From an uncultured Rivularia sp. (GTDB lineage: Bacteria; Cyanobacteriota; Cyanobacteriia; Cyanobacteriales; Nostocaceae), in NCBI GenBank assembly GCA_963665115.1, contig OY762007.1, forward strand, positions 7,456,001-7,520,000: DNA of 64,000 nt, given 5' to 3'. Both the position numbers and the translations under genes were made by a program. The notes under the pieces were generated by a model that saw only the letters and a program-made list of their open reading frames with translations, had not been told where the DNA came from and ran no database searches. This document shows positions 46,375 through 58,250 of the stretch, piece by piece (positions within the stretch are counted from its first letter, which is position 1; every line of letters starts with the position of its first letter).

Positions 46375-46692
46375 ATGCCTTTATCTGTAATCAAATTTTC
46401 TAGCGAAGACTGCGGTATTTGTCACAAAATGTCTTTTTACGACAAAAAGGTGGCTGAAGAACTCGGTTTAGAATTTATTGATGTCAAAATGCAGGATACC
46501 GCTACCTACCGCAAGTATCGTAAAGTTTTATTAACCCAGTATCCTGATAAATCAGAAATGGGATGGCCTACTTATATTGTCTGCGATTCTCCAGAAGAAG
46601 AGCCTTCTATTCTAGGTGAAGTGAAAGGAGGACATCCCAAAGGAGAATTTAGAACTCGTCTGCAATCGGTTCTTGATGAAAGCAGCAATTAG
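46375..46692 (+). CDS. Thioredoxin-fold protein
   Basis: CGIC CxxC motif and cis-Pro-like GWPTY. Confidence 0.85.
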   Translation: MPLSVIKFSSEDCGICHKMSFYDKKVAEELGLEFIDVKMQDTATYRKYRKVLLTQYPDKSEMGWPTYIVCDSPEEEPSILGEVKGGHPKGEFRTRLQSVLDESSN

Positions 46693-46813
46693 CTGGAGAT
46701 AGTAATACAGAAACCGGGTTTCTTCTCGATCGAGTAAGAGAATATTTTACTCCCACCCATAGAAACCCGGTTTATTAAACTTTGAAAATTGGTTGTAAGA
46801 ATCTTTTCAACGC

Positions 46814-47041
46814 TTAATTGGTAATATCAAAAGATTTTACTTCTAGCACAGGACCAATCATAGCAGCAGTCATCACATCTTCGCGTACATCTCCAGTGAC
46901 TTCTGCTTTTTGCCCTGCTTGAAGTAGACCTTTATCTGCTCCTCTCATTATTTCATAGGTTTTTCCATCTTCACCAACAAATGCCCAAGCGCCCATGCCA
47001 ATATCGCGGCGTTCAACAGTTCCTTTAACTTTAATGCTCAT
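46814..47041 (-). CDS. Small hypothetical protein (OB-fold-like)
   Basis: 75-aa beta-rich ORF. Confidence 0.75.
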   Translation of the reverse strand: MSIKVKGTVERRDIGMGAWAFVGEDGKTYEIMRGADKGLLQAGQKAEVTGDVREDVMTAAMIGPVLEVKSFDITN

Positions 47042-47266
47042 ATTAGTTAGTAGTTAGTGGTTAGTAGTTAGTGGTTAGTGGTTGCTAGTTAATAAAACGA
47101 AATTAGTAGTTAGTTATTTTTTTAATAACAGGACTTAGGTAAGCACTTGGGGGGATCTGGAATGTCTGGAACACTATATTTTCCCTGATTGCTGCTCCTA
47201 GTCCTAAATAATTTCAACTAACAACTAACAACTATCAACTAACAACTATCAACTAACCACTATAAA

Positions 47267-49144
47267 TTAAGCTGTTTGCTCGTCGTTTTTCACTGTAAAA
47301 CGAGCCAGCATGAAGCAAAGTATAGCGTTAGCAATTAAGAATCCACGAGCTAACATACCATCTCCTAACCCCCAAACTGCTGGATCTGTTACAGAACTTA
47401 CGGCTAAACAAGCTGCAACTCCCAAACTCGAACCAATAGCAAACCACTTCCACTTTGAATTTCCGAGTAGCAGTGCCATTAAGACAATAGGAGCTAAAAC
47501 GCTGGCAAATAATGGGTTGAAGGGGTTGGTTCCCTGCAAGGTATTACCTAATTCGGGAATTGAACTACCAAGTAAACGCAAAGGCCATTGAGGAAGATCG
47601 AAGATGTAAAATCCTTTAAGGAAAAACAACCCAGAACTACCTGCAACTAAACCGCTGGCTAAACTCCAAGTCCATGCGAAGGGAAAATAAACTCGTAAAA
47701 ACCAAGCTAGTAAGTAAGAACCTACCACCATTAAAATCTTTGGTAGAAGTGCTACCATACCGCCGTCAATCCAGAAACCGGGATTGAGATAGCCACTATC
47801 GCGCAACCAGCGGAAGAAGTCTTGAAAGCTTATTGTTCCTTGTTCGGCAAGGGTTACTGCTGCTTCAGCATTTAATTGTCCGGCACCGTAATAGTTCAAG
47901 CCGTCATCTTGGATAACTCTTGCTGATTGTGCCAGAACTTTAACGATTTCGTCTGGCTCTTCTATTCCACTAGCTTTAACTAATGCAGCAACACCAGCAA
48001 CATGAGGTGAAGCCATGCTTGTACCCTGCAAGCCAATAAAAACTTCTTCGCCTTTGCTGTCCATATCAACGGTAGCTTGCAAAACTTTGCCAGCATCGCT
48101 ACCGCCGGGAGCAGAAATATCGACTCCAGCACCATAGTTAGAATAAGGCGCTTTTAAGCCATCGGGACCTAAAGCGGAAACTGCGAACACATTAGGATAG
48201 CGTGCGGGATAGGAAGCAGCATTCTCATTTTCATTTCCAGCAGCCGCAATTATTACTACCCCTTTGCCGTGAGCGTAGTTAATTGCATCTTTCATCAACT
48301 GGCTTTCACCGCCACCACCCAAGCTCATATTAATCACATCTGCGCCATTATCGGCAGCAAATTTAATCGCTTCGGCAATATCAGCTACCGTTCCGCCGCC
48401 ATAAGCACTAAGTACCTTCAAAGGCATCAAATTGGCTTCGTAAGCAACTCCAGCTACACCCCAACTATTATTAGTAGCTTGGGCAATCGTACCGGCAACG
48501 TGAGTACCATGTCCGTTGTCATCTGAAGCGTTTTCTCTATCGTTAACAAAGTCGTAACCTTTAACAAATTCGGTTTCAACTAAATCGCGCACCTTGGTAA
48601 CGCCGGTGTCAATCACGGCTACCGTCACCCCTTTACCTTTAGTTTTATCCCACGCCCCTTCAATGTTGATACTATTTAAGTGCCACTGTTGGCTGTAGAG
48701 GGGGTCGTTAGCACCTTTTAGGCTTGGCTTTACTTCTTCTAAGATACCGTCGTCGGATGACTGTAAATATTCAGCCTCCCGCGCAATATTATTTTCTTCG
48801 GGATTGCCCGATTCTGGAATTTTATATATATAGTTTGGCTCGATAAATTCCGTGTCTCTAGCAAGTTCTGACTTACGCAGTTTTTTGATGCGCTGCTTAT
48901 CCCCTTCGATAATATAAACATTATCCTTTTTGGAAAATTGATTATCTAATCGAGGAGTTACATTGTACTTTTGAGCTATTGCTTGCAAATCTTGCTGCAA
49001 TTCTTCCTGGGGAATATCTTCCCGGAAATCTAGTACAATCGTCTCAAATTCACCGCGAGATGCGAGTCCCCTAACATTAAAAAAAGTTAACAGGGCAAAA
49101 CTCAACCCGATGACAAACAAGCAGAATAATATAAGTTTTTTCAT
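47267..49144 (-). CDS. Subtilisin-like S8 peptidase with C-terminal membrane domain
   Basis: AVIDTG, HGTHVAG, AAAGN, GTSMASPHVAG. Confidence 0.95.
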   Translation of the reverse strand: MKKLILFCLFVIGLSFALLTFFNVRGLASRGEFETIVLDFREDIPQEELQQDLQAIAQKYNVTPRLDNQFSKKDNVYIIEGDKQRIKKLRKSELARDTEFIEPNYIYKIPESGNPEENNIAREAEYLQSSDDGILEEVKPSLKGANDPLYSQQWHLNSINIEGAWDKTKGKGVTVAVIDTGVTKVRDLVETEFVKGYDFVNDRENASDDNGHGTHVAGTIAQATNNSWGVAGVAYEANLMPLKVLSAYGGGTVADIAEAIKFAADNGADVINMSLGGGGESQLMKDAINYAHGKGVVIIAAAGNENENAASYPARYPNVFAVSALGPDGLKAPYSNYGAGVDISAPGGSDAGKVLQATVDMDSKGEEVFIGLQGTSMASPHVAGVAALVKASGIEEPDEIVKVLAQSARVIQDDGLNYYGAGQLNAEAAVTLAEQGTISFQDFFRWLRDSGYLNPGFWIDGGMVALLPKILMVVGSYLLAWFLRVYFPFAWTWSLASGLVAGSSGLFFLKGFYIFDLPQWPLRLLGSSIPELGNTLQGTNPFNPLFASVLAPIVLMALLLGNSKWKWFAIGSSLGVAACLAVSSVTDPAVWGLGDGMLARGFLIANAILCFMLARFTVKNDEQTA

Positions 49145-49373
49145 GTGAATCTAACAATCGTTATTTGTCAGTTTGAACACTACCATAGCTTACACGCAAC
49201 CTTCTTTACCTGAAGACTGAAAGATATTTACAAAGTTTACGAGTTATGCATTCTTGACAAGACTTGCTAAAACTCCTCTTTGTCAGGAAGAAGATTGTAG
49301 CACCTGGTATACTACATTCTTTTTTATTGTGGCGTAATTCTATTTTATTGTCAGCAAAAATCAAGGTTATTTT

Positions 49374-49808
49374 ATGGAACGCGGACTTTTATGGCTACCT
49401 TTGCTAGTAGCGTTTTTTTGGTTGGCTTGGCAAGGTTCTAGAGAATATCAGAAGGTTGAAGCTTATCGTATTTGGGCAGAAAACTTTGACAGAGCGAAAT
49501 ACGATATTTACGCAGTTTTAGCTCAGAAAGAAAATGACATGACTTGGGGCAAACCTACTGTCAAAGGTATCGTAGATTTAAAAACTTTTTCTTTAAACGA
49601 TGTTGACAAGATAAATCTTTTGATAGATGACAAACCTATTAATATAGATGAATTACCTAGAAAAGCTAAAAAAATTGAATTAGAATTTGTACTCTCCGAA
49701 GCTTCTGACTCTATTCGCGTACCTTTTACAGAAATTCCCTTGGCAGGAGAATGGGGTAAGTTTTTACAAAAGGAACTGCGAAGAATTGAGCAGCAAGCAA
49801 AGAAATAA
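49374..49808 (+). CDS. Hypothetical protein with N-terminal TM
   Basis: 144-aa ORF beginning MERGLLWLPLL. Confidence 0.8.
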   Translation: MERGLLWLPLLVAFFWLAWQGSREYQKVEAYRIWAENFDRAKYDIYAVLAQKENDMTWGKPTVKGIVDLKTFSLNDVDKINLLIDDKPINIDELPRKAKKIELEFVLSEASDSIRVPFTEIPLAGEWGKFLQKELRRIEQQAKK

Positions 49809-49920
49809 AATAATTGAAGAATATGCAATTGGAAATTGTTACACCTTGGGCGGGATTAAATTGCGGAAAATCCTGTATTTTAAGGTCATAGTTCGTAATG
49901 CGTATTCCGCTCATAGATTG

Positions 49921-50742
49921 ATGAACACCAAATCAACATCCAAGGTTCCCGTTGCTTTGACTATTGCTGGTTCCGATAGCGGTGGTGGTGCGGGAATTCA
50001 AGCCGATCTACGCACCTTCGCTTTTCATTGCGTTCACGGTACCAGCGCTATTACTTGCGTTACCGCACAAAACACTTTGGGTGTAACGCGGGTTGATGCA
50101 ATGCCGTCATTAGCTGTCGAGCAACAAATTAAGGCTGTATGCGATGACATCGGGGTGCAAGCAGCCAAAACTGGAATGCTGCTGAACCAGGAAATTATTA
50201 CCACCGTTGTCAAACAAATCGAAACTTTACAAATTCCAAATTTAGTGGTAGACCCGGTGATGGTGTCGCGCACGGGAGCGCAATTAATTGACGATGAAGC
50301 CGTGAAAACCCTCCGCGATTCTCTCATACCTTTGGCCACAGTTTTGACTCCTAACCGATACGAAGCACAAATTCTTAGCGGCTTAGAAATTAAATCCCTC
50401 GATGACATGAAAGCAGCAGCGCAAACCATTCACGAAAAATTGAAAGTCAAAGCTGTTTTGGTTAAAGGTGGTGGAATGCAGGGAAGTTTACGCGGGATAG
50501 ATATTTGGTTTGATGGTAAAAACCTCGAAACTCTACTTATACAATTAGTAGCCACCAAAAATACTCACGGAACTGGCTGTACTTTATCCGCTGCGATCGC
50601 CGCTAATTTAGCACGAGGAGATAGTCTATTTAAAGCAGCACGTCAAGCAAAGGAATATGTTTCTCATGCATTAAGTAATTCTTTAGATATTGGTAAAGGA
50701 CAAGGACCTGTAGGACACTTTTTTCCTTTGCTAAAAAAATAA
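49921..50742 (+). CDS. thiD: Hydroxymethylpyrimidine/phosphomethylpyrimidine kinase
   Basis: TIAGSDSGGGAGIQAD, VDPVM, TPN, THGTGCT; real start likely ATG 49921. Confidence 0.95.
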   Translation: MNTKSTSKVPVALTIAGSDSGGGAGIQADLRTFAFHCVHGTSAITCVTAQNTLGVTRVDAMPSLAVEQQIKAVCDDIGVQAAKTGMLLNQEIITTVVKQIETLQIPNLVVDPVMVSRTGAQLIDDEAVKTLRDSLIPLATVLTPNRYEAQILSGLEIKSLDDMKAAAQTIHEKLKVKAVLVKGGGMQGSLRGIDIWFDGKNLETLLIQLVATKNTHGTGCTLSAAIAANLARGDSLFKAARQAKEYVSHALSNSLDIGKGQGPVGHFFPLLKK

Positions 50743-51016
50743 TTCCTATTATCCCCAAAATTATTTTGCACGATTAGTTGTAAGGTGACATTTGTCACCT
50801 TGATATCTGAAAATATGAGTTTTAATGATAAGTTTATTGGTATGCTTTGCCATACAAGTCAGCAAAGATGATTTTTTTGTTTTAATGCTTCCTTATATTA
50901 TTGATATTATTGTCAGGTATATCAGAAATTTTTAAATTTTAATTTTTACTTTTGAATATTTGCAGACAATAGTTATAGTAAACCGGAATAGCGTTTATTT
51001 TTGACACTAAGTACCC

Positions 51017-51622
51017 ATGCGAACAATTACAGATTCTGCCTACAATCAATCACCAACACCAGCAAACCAAGCTTATTCAGCTTCGGTACCGTTGAGTGTG
51101 TACCGTGAATTAGCCGCAGAGTTACAAGCGACACAAGTGACAATACATCAGCTTAATCAACAAAACGAACATTTAGCACAAGAAAACAACGTACTTCGTC
51201 AAGAAATCGCTAAAACCATTAATGCTGTTCTACATTTACAAAATGCAGCTAATTCTTCTGCGAATGTTGCCTACAATAGCAGTCCGTTGCCTTCTTTCGA
51301 TCGAGGAGCAGTAGAAATAAACCAGAAGCAATATGCACCACAGAAACGACAACATCCACGTCAACAGGTAGCTCCAAAGCCAGTAAAACGTCATTCGCAT
51401 AGATCGCCAGTTGCTCCTCAAGTAACTGAATATATTGAACCCTTACCAGAACCAATATTTATAGAAGAAGAACAAGTAAGCTATTATTACGATGATGAAT
51501 CAAAAAATTCACAAGTCAGCGGCTGGTGGCTGATTTTTGCAATTGTCTTTATTATTGTTATGGGTTTTGGTGCGGGTTATGTAGTTGTACGTCCTCTTTT
51601 AGAAAATCACACTCGCAACTAG
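51017..51622 (+). CDS. Hypothetical coiled-coil protein with C-terminal TM
   Basis: SVPLSVYRELAAELQ coiled coil; hydrophobic C-terminus. Confidence 0.8.
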   Translation: MRTITDSAYNQSPTPANQAYSASVPLSVYRELAAELQATQVTIHQLNQQNEHLAQENNVLRQEIAKTINAVLHLQNAANSSANVAYNSSPLPSFDRGAVEINQKQYAPQKRQHPRQQVAPKPVKRHSHRSPVAPQVTEYIEPLPEPIFIEEEQVSYYYDDESKNSQVSGWWLIFAIVFIIVMGFGAGYVVVRPLLENHTRN

Positions 51623-52033
51623 TTGTTGAATTCAAGATTTTAGATTTTTATTTATAGTTGAAAAGTTGATTCTAAAACCTATAGAATAAGCCAATTAATC
51701 GGCAGGCTAAAGTATCAAAAACAATATATTGATATTGGTCATAAAACGATAAATTAAGGCAGAAAAATTATTTCTTTAATATTAAAATAATTGTATATAA
51801 TTTTCTACAGTCAGATAAAATAAGGTATGTGTCAGTTTATTATTAAGCTTACGCAATTGTATTAAAAAATCTGCTCTAATTTTCTGAACAAAGTAGCAGA
51901 TAGCCTAAGTTGCTATCGCTTGGAAGATCGCTTTTTGAAAAACAGCAAATGATACAAATTAATTGAATTGAGTTTGCCAGTTACCTTATGAGACTGGGGA
52001 TCTGGTTAGATAGATAAAGCGAAATATTTGTAA

Positions 52034-52384
<351 letters not shown>

Positions 52385-52552
52385 CTAAGTAATGAAGTTT
52401 GAAGTCTGAAGTCTGAAGGAACTCATATCTTGCGCCAGTATCAGAAACCCGGTTTCTTTTTGGTTAGATAACGACATATCGAATGTTTTCACGAATAGAA
52501 ACCGGGTTTCTTTGGGCTGAATCATTCTTCATTCTTTAAACTTCATTTTGAT

Positions 52553-53125
52553 TTATGGTTCTAATTTTTCTAACTGGGGAAGTAAACCCGTGAGAGCTTT
52601 ACCTCGATGACTAATTGAGCGCTTCACCTCTGAAGTCATCTCGGCAAAAGTTAATTGCGAATCTGGTACGTAAAAAACTGGATCGTAGCCGAAACCATTA
52701 TCACCGCGAGTTTCATGAAGAATCTCACCGCGACAAATACCTTCAGACTCCAAAGCAATGGTGCCATCAGGGCGGGCAATGGCGATCGCACAAGCAAATT
52801 GTGCGCCTCTATTGGTTTCGTTTCCTAATTCTTTCAATAACCTAGCAATACGTTGGGAATCATTGGCACCGTAGCGTGCTGAATAAACCCCTGGTGCGCC
52901 ATTTAATGCATCTACTTGCAACCCAGAATCATCAGCTATAGCCCAATTATTAGTAGCAATTGCAATTTCAGAAGCTTTTAGGCGAGCATTAGCTGCAAAA
53001 GTATCGCCAGTTTCTTCAACTTCTAATTCTTGCGGCTTAAGAACTAATTCCCAATTTAAATCCGCAAGATATTTTTGCAATTCTTTTAATTTACCGGGAT
53101 TTGATGTGGCTACGACTAGTTGCAT
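52553..53125 (-). CDS. rdgB: Non-canonical purine NTP pyrophosphatase (RdgB/HAM1)
   Basis: ATSNPGK, ADDSGL, PGVYSAR, FGYDPVF, SHRGKA. Confidence 0.95.
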   Translation of the reverse strand: MQLVVATSNPGKLKELQKYLADLNWELVLKPQELEVEETGDTFAANARLKASEIAIATNNWAIADDSGLQVDALNGAPGVYSARYGANDSQRIARLLKELGNETNRGAQFACAIAIARPDGTIALESEGICRGEILHETRGDNGFGYDPVFYVPDSQLTFAEMTSEVKRSISHRGKALTGLLPQLEKLEP

Positions 53126-53356
53126 AAATCAATTCGATTTTAGATTGGGCATAGGGCATGGGGGACATGGGGAATTGGGCATTGGGCATGGGGCATTAGG
53201 AATTGGATAGCTCGAAGTAAATAGTTATTTATATAGAAAATCCTAGCTCTTAACTCTTAACTCCTAACTCCTAACTCTTAACTCCTAACTTCTAATTTTC
53301 TTATCTCCCCATCTCCTTGTCCCCTTGTCTCCCCCTCCCCCCATCATCCCATCAAA

Positions 53357-54793
53357 TCAGTCCGCCCAACTTTTAGCCCAAGCCAAGGTTTTATGTACCT
53401 CCTGGAGGGTAGATGCTTCGCAGTATAAGCGTAAAACTGGTTCGGTTCCGCTGAAGCGAATCATTAACCAGCTGTCGTCATCAAGACGGAATTTGTAACC
53501 GTCAATTGTTTTACAATCAACTACTTGCTTTCCGGCAATTTCTTTTAGTGGTTCTTTTTGCAATTGCTGCAAAAGCCGCTCTCTTGCTTCCATCCCTGAA
53601 AGAGGTAAGTCGATGCGATCGTATGCTGAATTAAAATTAACTTGTTTTTGTAGATGACTGTAATAGTCACCTAAATCCATTCCCGATTCTACGATGGCTT
53701 CTAATACATATAATGCACTAAGCAATGCATCGCGTTCGGGAATATGGCTTCCATAACCAATTCCACCCGACTCTTCACCACCTAACAAAACTTCTGCATC
53801 CAACATTCTATCGGCAATGTACTTATAACCTACGGGGGTTTCGTACAGCGACAAGTTATGCAGTTTTGCTACTAAAGGAATTAAGTCAGAGCCGCTGACT
53901 GTTTTAACGATTTCGCCGGTGAATCCGCGTCTTTGAGTCAAATGGTCAATTAATATGGGAATCAAGATTTGCGAACTGAGGAAGTTACCGTTCCCATCTA
54001 CAGCCGCAATTCTGTCACAATCACCATCAAATACTAATCCCACTGATAAACCTTCGGGGTTAGCTTGACGATGATTTTTAATTACATTTATAAACTTAGA
54101 AATATACTTCGGTAAAGGTTCGGGGGCACCACCTTCAAATAACGGATCGCGATCGCTGTTTATTTCTTGGACTTTATCCCCTAAAAGCATTCCCAATCCA
54201 CCTGCGGATGCACCATGCATTGCATCAGTAAATAAAGTCAGCTTTCCCGAACTTATGGCATCTCGAATTTTAGCAATATTAACTTTGCCTTCTAACCCTT
54301 GAGTATAGCTGTGCCAAGGATCGAAAGTTTCTAGCTTGCCTTTTTCTCTATTTAAAGATACTTCTTGTGTGAGCAAACTTTCAATTTCCTTAGTTACTTC
54401 CGACGGTACCGAACCACCGAAACAACTTTTAACCTTTAATCCTAAATACTTCCCTGGATTGTGAGAAGCTGTAATAACTAATGCTCCTAAAGCATTTTGA
54501 GCTTTTGCTGCCCAGCTAAAAGCTGGAGTTGGAGCAAAATCTTCAGTCAAAACAACATCGAACCCAGCATCCATGACAATATCGGCTAAAAACCGAGCAA
54601 AATCTTCCGCCATAAATCGGCGATCGTGACCAATAATAATGGTACGATTACCTACCATCTTTCCGTATGTATTTAATAATACTTGCGCGGCGACTGGTGC
54701 AACTAAGGCTAAACGTTCAAAAGTGAACTCATCGCCAATAACGCCGCGCCATCCGTCGGTACCAAACTTAATGGATTTACTGGCAACAGGCAT
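53357..54793 (-). CDS. Phosphoglucomutase/phosphomannomutase family protein
   Basis: FGTDGWRG, TASHNP, DGDCDR, GEESGG, RFSGTEP. Confidence 0.95.
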   Translation of the reverse strand: MPVASKSIKFGTDGWRGVIGDEFTFERLALVAPVAAQVLLNTYGKMVGNRTIIIGHDRRFMAEDFARFLADIVMDAGFDVVLTEDFAPTPAFSWAAKAQNALGALVITASHNPGKYLGLKVKSCFGGSVPSEVTKEIESLLTQEVSLNREKGKLETFDPWHSYTQGLEGKVNIAKIRDAISSGKLTLFTDAMHGASAGGLGMLLGDKVQEINSDRDPLFEGGAPEPLPKYISKFINVIKNHRQANPEGLSVGLVFDGDCDRIAAVDGNGNFLSSQILIPILIDHLTQRRGFTGEIVKTVSGSDLIPLVAKLHNLSLYETPVGYKYIADRMLDAEVLLGGEESGGIGYGSHIPERDALLSALYVLEAIVESGMDLGDYYSHLQKQVNFNSAYDRIDLPLSGMEARERLLQQLQKEPLKEIAGKQVVDCKTIDGYKFRLDDDSWLMIRFSGTEPVLRLYCEASTLQEVHKTLAWAKSWAD

Positions 54794-55171
54794 TTGATTA
54801 TCCTATATTTAATTTCTACTCGATGGATTCTAGCATTTACTTTATACAAGGGTTAAAAAAGTTTTACGTAAAATTGTAAAACCTAAGTAAAGATTTTTAT
54901 TAATTGTCTATCCAAAACGTTAGTTATGATACAATTCCTAATTAAAAACGATAGCTTACAATATGCTGGCTATATCAATTTTTACCTATTTACTTGGTAG
55001 AAATTATCCTAGATCCCTTTTAACTTCAACTTCTAAAAATAAACGTAAAAGTATAGCTGTCAAACATCATTATCCAAGTAGCAAGACGGTAGAGAAACAC
55101 TTAAATAAAGCAACCAACCGCCGTGAAAGGATGTTTGACAGCAACACAAAATATACACACCCTGTTTTCCC

Positions 55172-55693
55172 TTAAAAATCGTCCACAAGCTCGCTCATGC
55201 GTCTGATTAAAGGGTCTTCCTCTTCATGAGGAGTTTTTATGTCGTAAGCTTGTACAGGAGTATTATTCAATACTTCCGGTACAGTTGATTGATTTGCAGG
55301 CTGAACGACTGAACCTTGATTGACCATCATCGCCAACTGAGCCACTTGCTGACTAAGCTGTGTCAAGTGTTGTTCCATCGTCGCCAAGCGATTTGATTCC
55401 CTAGTAAAGAAACGTTCCTCAAGGTCAGCTATTTTTCTTTCCAGGTCAGAAATATATTCTCCCACCTCAGACGGTGGCTTCGGTTTTGGTGTTGGTGCTG
55501 CTGTTGGTTGCGGATCTGGTCGCACAGATTCCGGCACGCACAAAGCTTGCCATAAAGCTTCTTTACAGAGGTCGCTGAAAGTCTTATCAGGCTCTTTTTC
55601 TAAGTGCCTTTCAACTACATCTAGCAAGCTTTCATCCGCTACCCCTGGATTGAACGTAACCGATTTAACTACTTTTTTTGACCATTGGAACAT
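55172..55693 (-). CDS. ParR-like partner of the actin-like ATPase (CorR candidate)
   Basis: Strand-helix-helix N-terminus (KSVTF...FSDLCKEAL), Pro-rich linker, coiled coil, acidic C-tail; 5 bp after the ParM-like gene. Confidence 0.7.
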   Translation of the reverse strand: MFQWSKKVVKSVTFNPGVADESLLDVVERHLEKEPDKTFSDLCKEALWQALCVPESVRPDPQPTAAPTPKPKPPSEVGEYISDLERKIADLEERFFTRESNRLATMEQHLTQLSQQVAQLAMMVNQGSVVQPANQSTVPEVLNNTPVQAYDIKTPHEEEDPLIRRMSELVDDF

Positions 55694-55698
55694 TAGTT

Positions 55699-56851
55699 TT
55701 AAGACCTAGAAGAGCGACTGGCCGATAATTGTGCCTCTCCATAAATATACTGCCCCAAGGCGTTAGCTTGCCGGGAAGGTGCAGCTAAATGAGCATTAAT
55801 TTTTGCTTCTTTAAGTAAACGTTGAACGTCTTCCCAGAAAAATTCACCACCACCCCCGGTGAGAATTACATCAGTAACACGTTCTGGCAGCCATGCTAAA
55901 ACACGAGTGCAGATTTCCCGCGAAAACATTTCGATTAAATTGGGAAGAAAATCATCTAAATTAGTAGGCTTGCTCGAACCTCTAGGACGATAGAAGCGTT
56001 CGCCTTTGGGCTTATTTACCGCAGCAATCAAGGATAAAGACTGACTATCAGCACCTTCAATTTCGGCGGCTACTAATTCGTAAAACTTACTCATGCCAAA
56101 GTCTTCACTCTTAGAAGCACCTCTTGCAAAACGGAAGTTATCTACCATTAAGCAATCTGTAGTTTGGTGTCCAATGTCTACAATAGCCGCAGAAACTTTA
56201 GTAAAGTCCGCTGCTCCAGGTGCTTTCTTCGGCTGGGATTCACACCATAGTAAGCTACCGTAGCCCTCTGGCATCACCCAAACTTTAGTCACATTAATTG
56301 TAACTTCTTCGCCACGAAAGTTCATGACATGGGGGCCAGTAACTTGAGATATCAGTTGTGCTTTTTCCTTTTCAAATTGTTCTTGAGAAAGGTAAGGAAG
56401 ACCCAGAATTACTGAAATTTCATCTTTGAGTTTGAAGTATCCAGCACTTGCCAACACTTTGATCAGTGCAGCTTCAACCTTAGATTGACCTACTCCTAAA
56501 TCGGCTCCAAAGTCTGCTGCTAGTTGACCTACAGCATAACCATTACCTTGGTATTCCAGCCAAAGATCCATCAAAGGGGTCTGTTGCACGAGCTTCAAAA
56601 ACTCCTCCTCGTACTTGTTCCATTGTCATTTGCTTGACATTGGAAGATACAAAAACCACGCTCGAAGGCTCGCGACTCACGGTGGTTTTGGTGGAAGTTC
56701 GACCAAGGTCTACACTAAGAATATTTTTACTCCCACCACTACTAGTATTAGTAAGTTTGGGAGTTGTATTAATCGGAGTAGATGCCGTTACTCTATTCAT
56801 TGGTATAGCAGCGGCATTCATCGGGGTAGCAGCGGAAGGTTGGTCTGTCAT
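55699..56851 (-). CDS. ParM/StbA-family actin-like ATPase, about 383 aa (CorM candidate); +1 frameshift at 56576-56579
   Basis: Joins ORFs 56543-56851 and 55699-56598. Actin-fold motifs VDLGRTSTK, PEG, VDIGHQTTD, LTGGGG, ANALG. Confidence 0.88.
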
Positions 56852-58195
56852 GGAAATTCCTAGTTTCTACTTAGCTCTAAACAAGTTACCATGCTAATCT
56901 CACTTGCATTTATTTATCATCCATTCACTGACAGGTGTCAACTCTAATTGAAGCTTAAGCAAAATTTACTTAAGTACCTCACTTAGGGCTATTGTCGCTG
57001 TTCTGGAATGAGTTAACAAAAAACAAATGATAACAAAGTTATTTGAAGCCCGTTTTAGAGGGCAGTAAGTTTACCTAAAACGCCCTTTGAAGGCAATTTT
57101 TTTGTCTTCTCTTACTTTCGTCTCGACTTCTGTTTTATCGCTTTAATCCTAAGCGACATAGCCACATTATCTTTGTAGAATTGTTGAGACGGGTGGCAAG
57201 TGACTTAACAAACTACTCTATAACTGACTACTGTCTTGTTGCTTTTTCTGAGTATATTAGCAAACCTACCCATGTATCGCCACCATGTATGTGTAAAACA
57301 GGTAAGTTGTTTTCGGTGTATTGCTGATGTACTTATGAATTTTAAATCACACAGATTATCCGTAAGCTACATATCAATATCATTAAAAGTACCAAGCCAT
57401 TGTTTTCACAAACTTTTGACTGGTTTGAATATTGCTTAAAATGATTGCCTTATAGCTATGCCTATTCTCATTAACAAAGCGTTAACCTTCTGGGACATTT
57501 TTTAGGCTCTGCTTTGTTGCTTTTTGACCATAAATCTATTTCTCCACAAATATTAATCGATGAAATATTCGATACACTCAACTTCAATACTATATTTTAA
57601 ATTGTGACAGTATTCCTTAGAAATTAACTGAATGCATATTCCATAAAAAGTGCATTATTTTAGTGTCAAGAATCAAGTTCAATTGACTACAACTATAGAA
57701 ATTTTTTTATTATCCGCTCTCGGGGTTTGTTGTCAAGACGAAAAAAGTCACAAGCCAGATGTACTTACTCATGAAAGCAAGCGATACTTCAAGTCTAATG
57801 TTCTAAACATCAAGATAGCCCCAACTCCTGCGAAGAAGTTGAGGCTAAACGGAACGCGCTAGGAAGATTAAAATTCCCGCTTCAGTTAACCGCATTAATC
57901 CCGATAAATAATAAAGATTCGTAGTGCGAAGCCTGTCCGCCTTTGATATGCATCTTGTTTGATGCTTGAAAATCAGAAAGCCTTCCGGCGAACACTACAA
58001 ATGGCGTGACGTACCTACATTGATTCAAAGAATACGATGTAGGCTTCTCGGCGACTCCTCTGAGAGAACATTGACCGAGCTTTTAAGCCCTACGCCCTAG
58101 GGACTTTTTGTCAAATTGTTTTTTGAAGTTGTAGGCTGCATTTCTGCATTTAATTGGATTACACCTACCTTTGAATAATACCATAAATCTTGACT

Positions 58196-58250
58196 CGGCT
58201 TTCATCTCACACTTCCCATTCCGGGTAAGATGTGAGACTACGGAGCCGAG
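58196..58250. terminator. Stem-loop downstream of the Gfo/Idh/MocA gene
   Basis: ctcggct..tctcaca / tgtgaga..agccgag inverted repeat. Confidence 0.45.

Noticed and set aside
49687..49920. TPP riboswitch or N-terminal extension of thiD
   Set aside because: No TPP aptamer motifs seen; the extension overlaps the upstream gene and looks non-coding.
56852..57300. parC centromere for the ParM/ParR-like pair
   Set aside because: No array of short direct repeats was visible.
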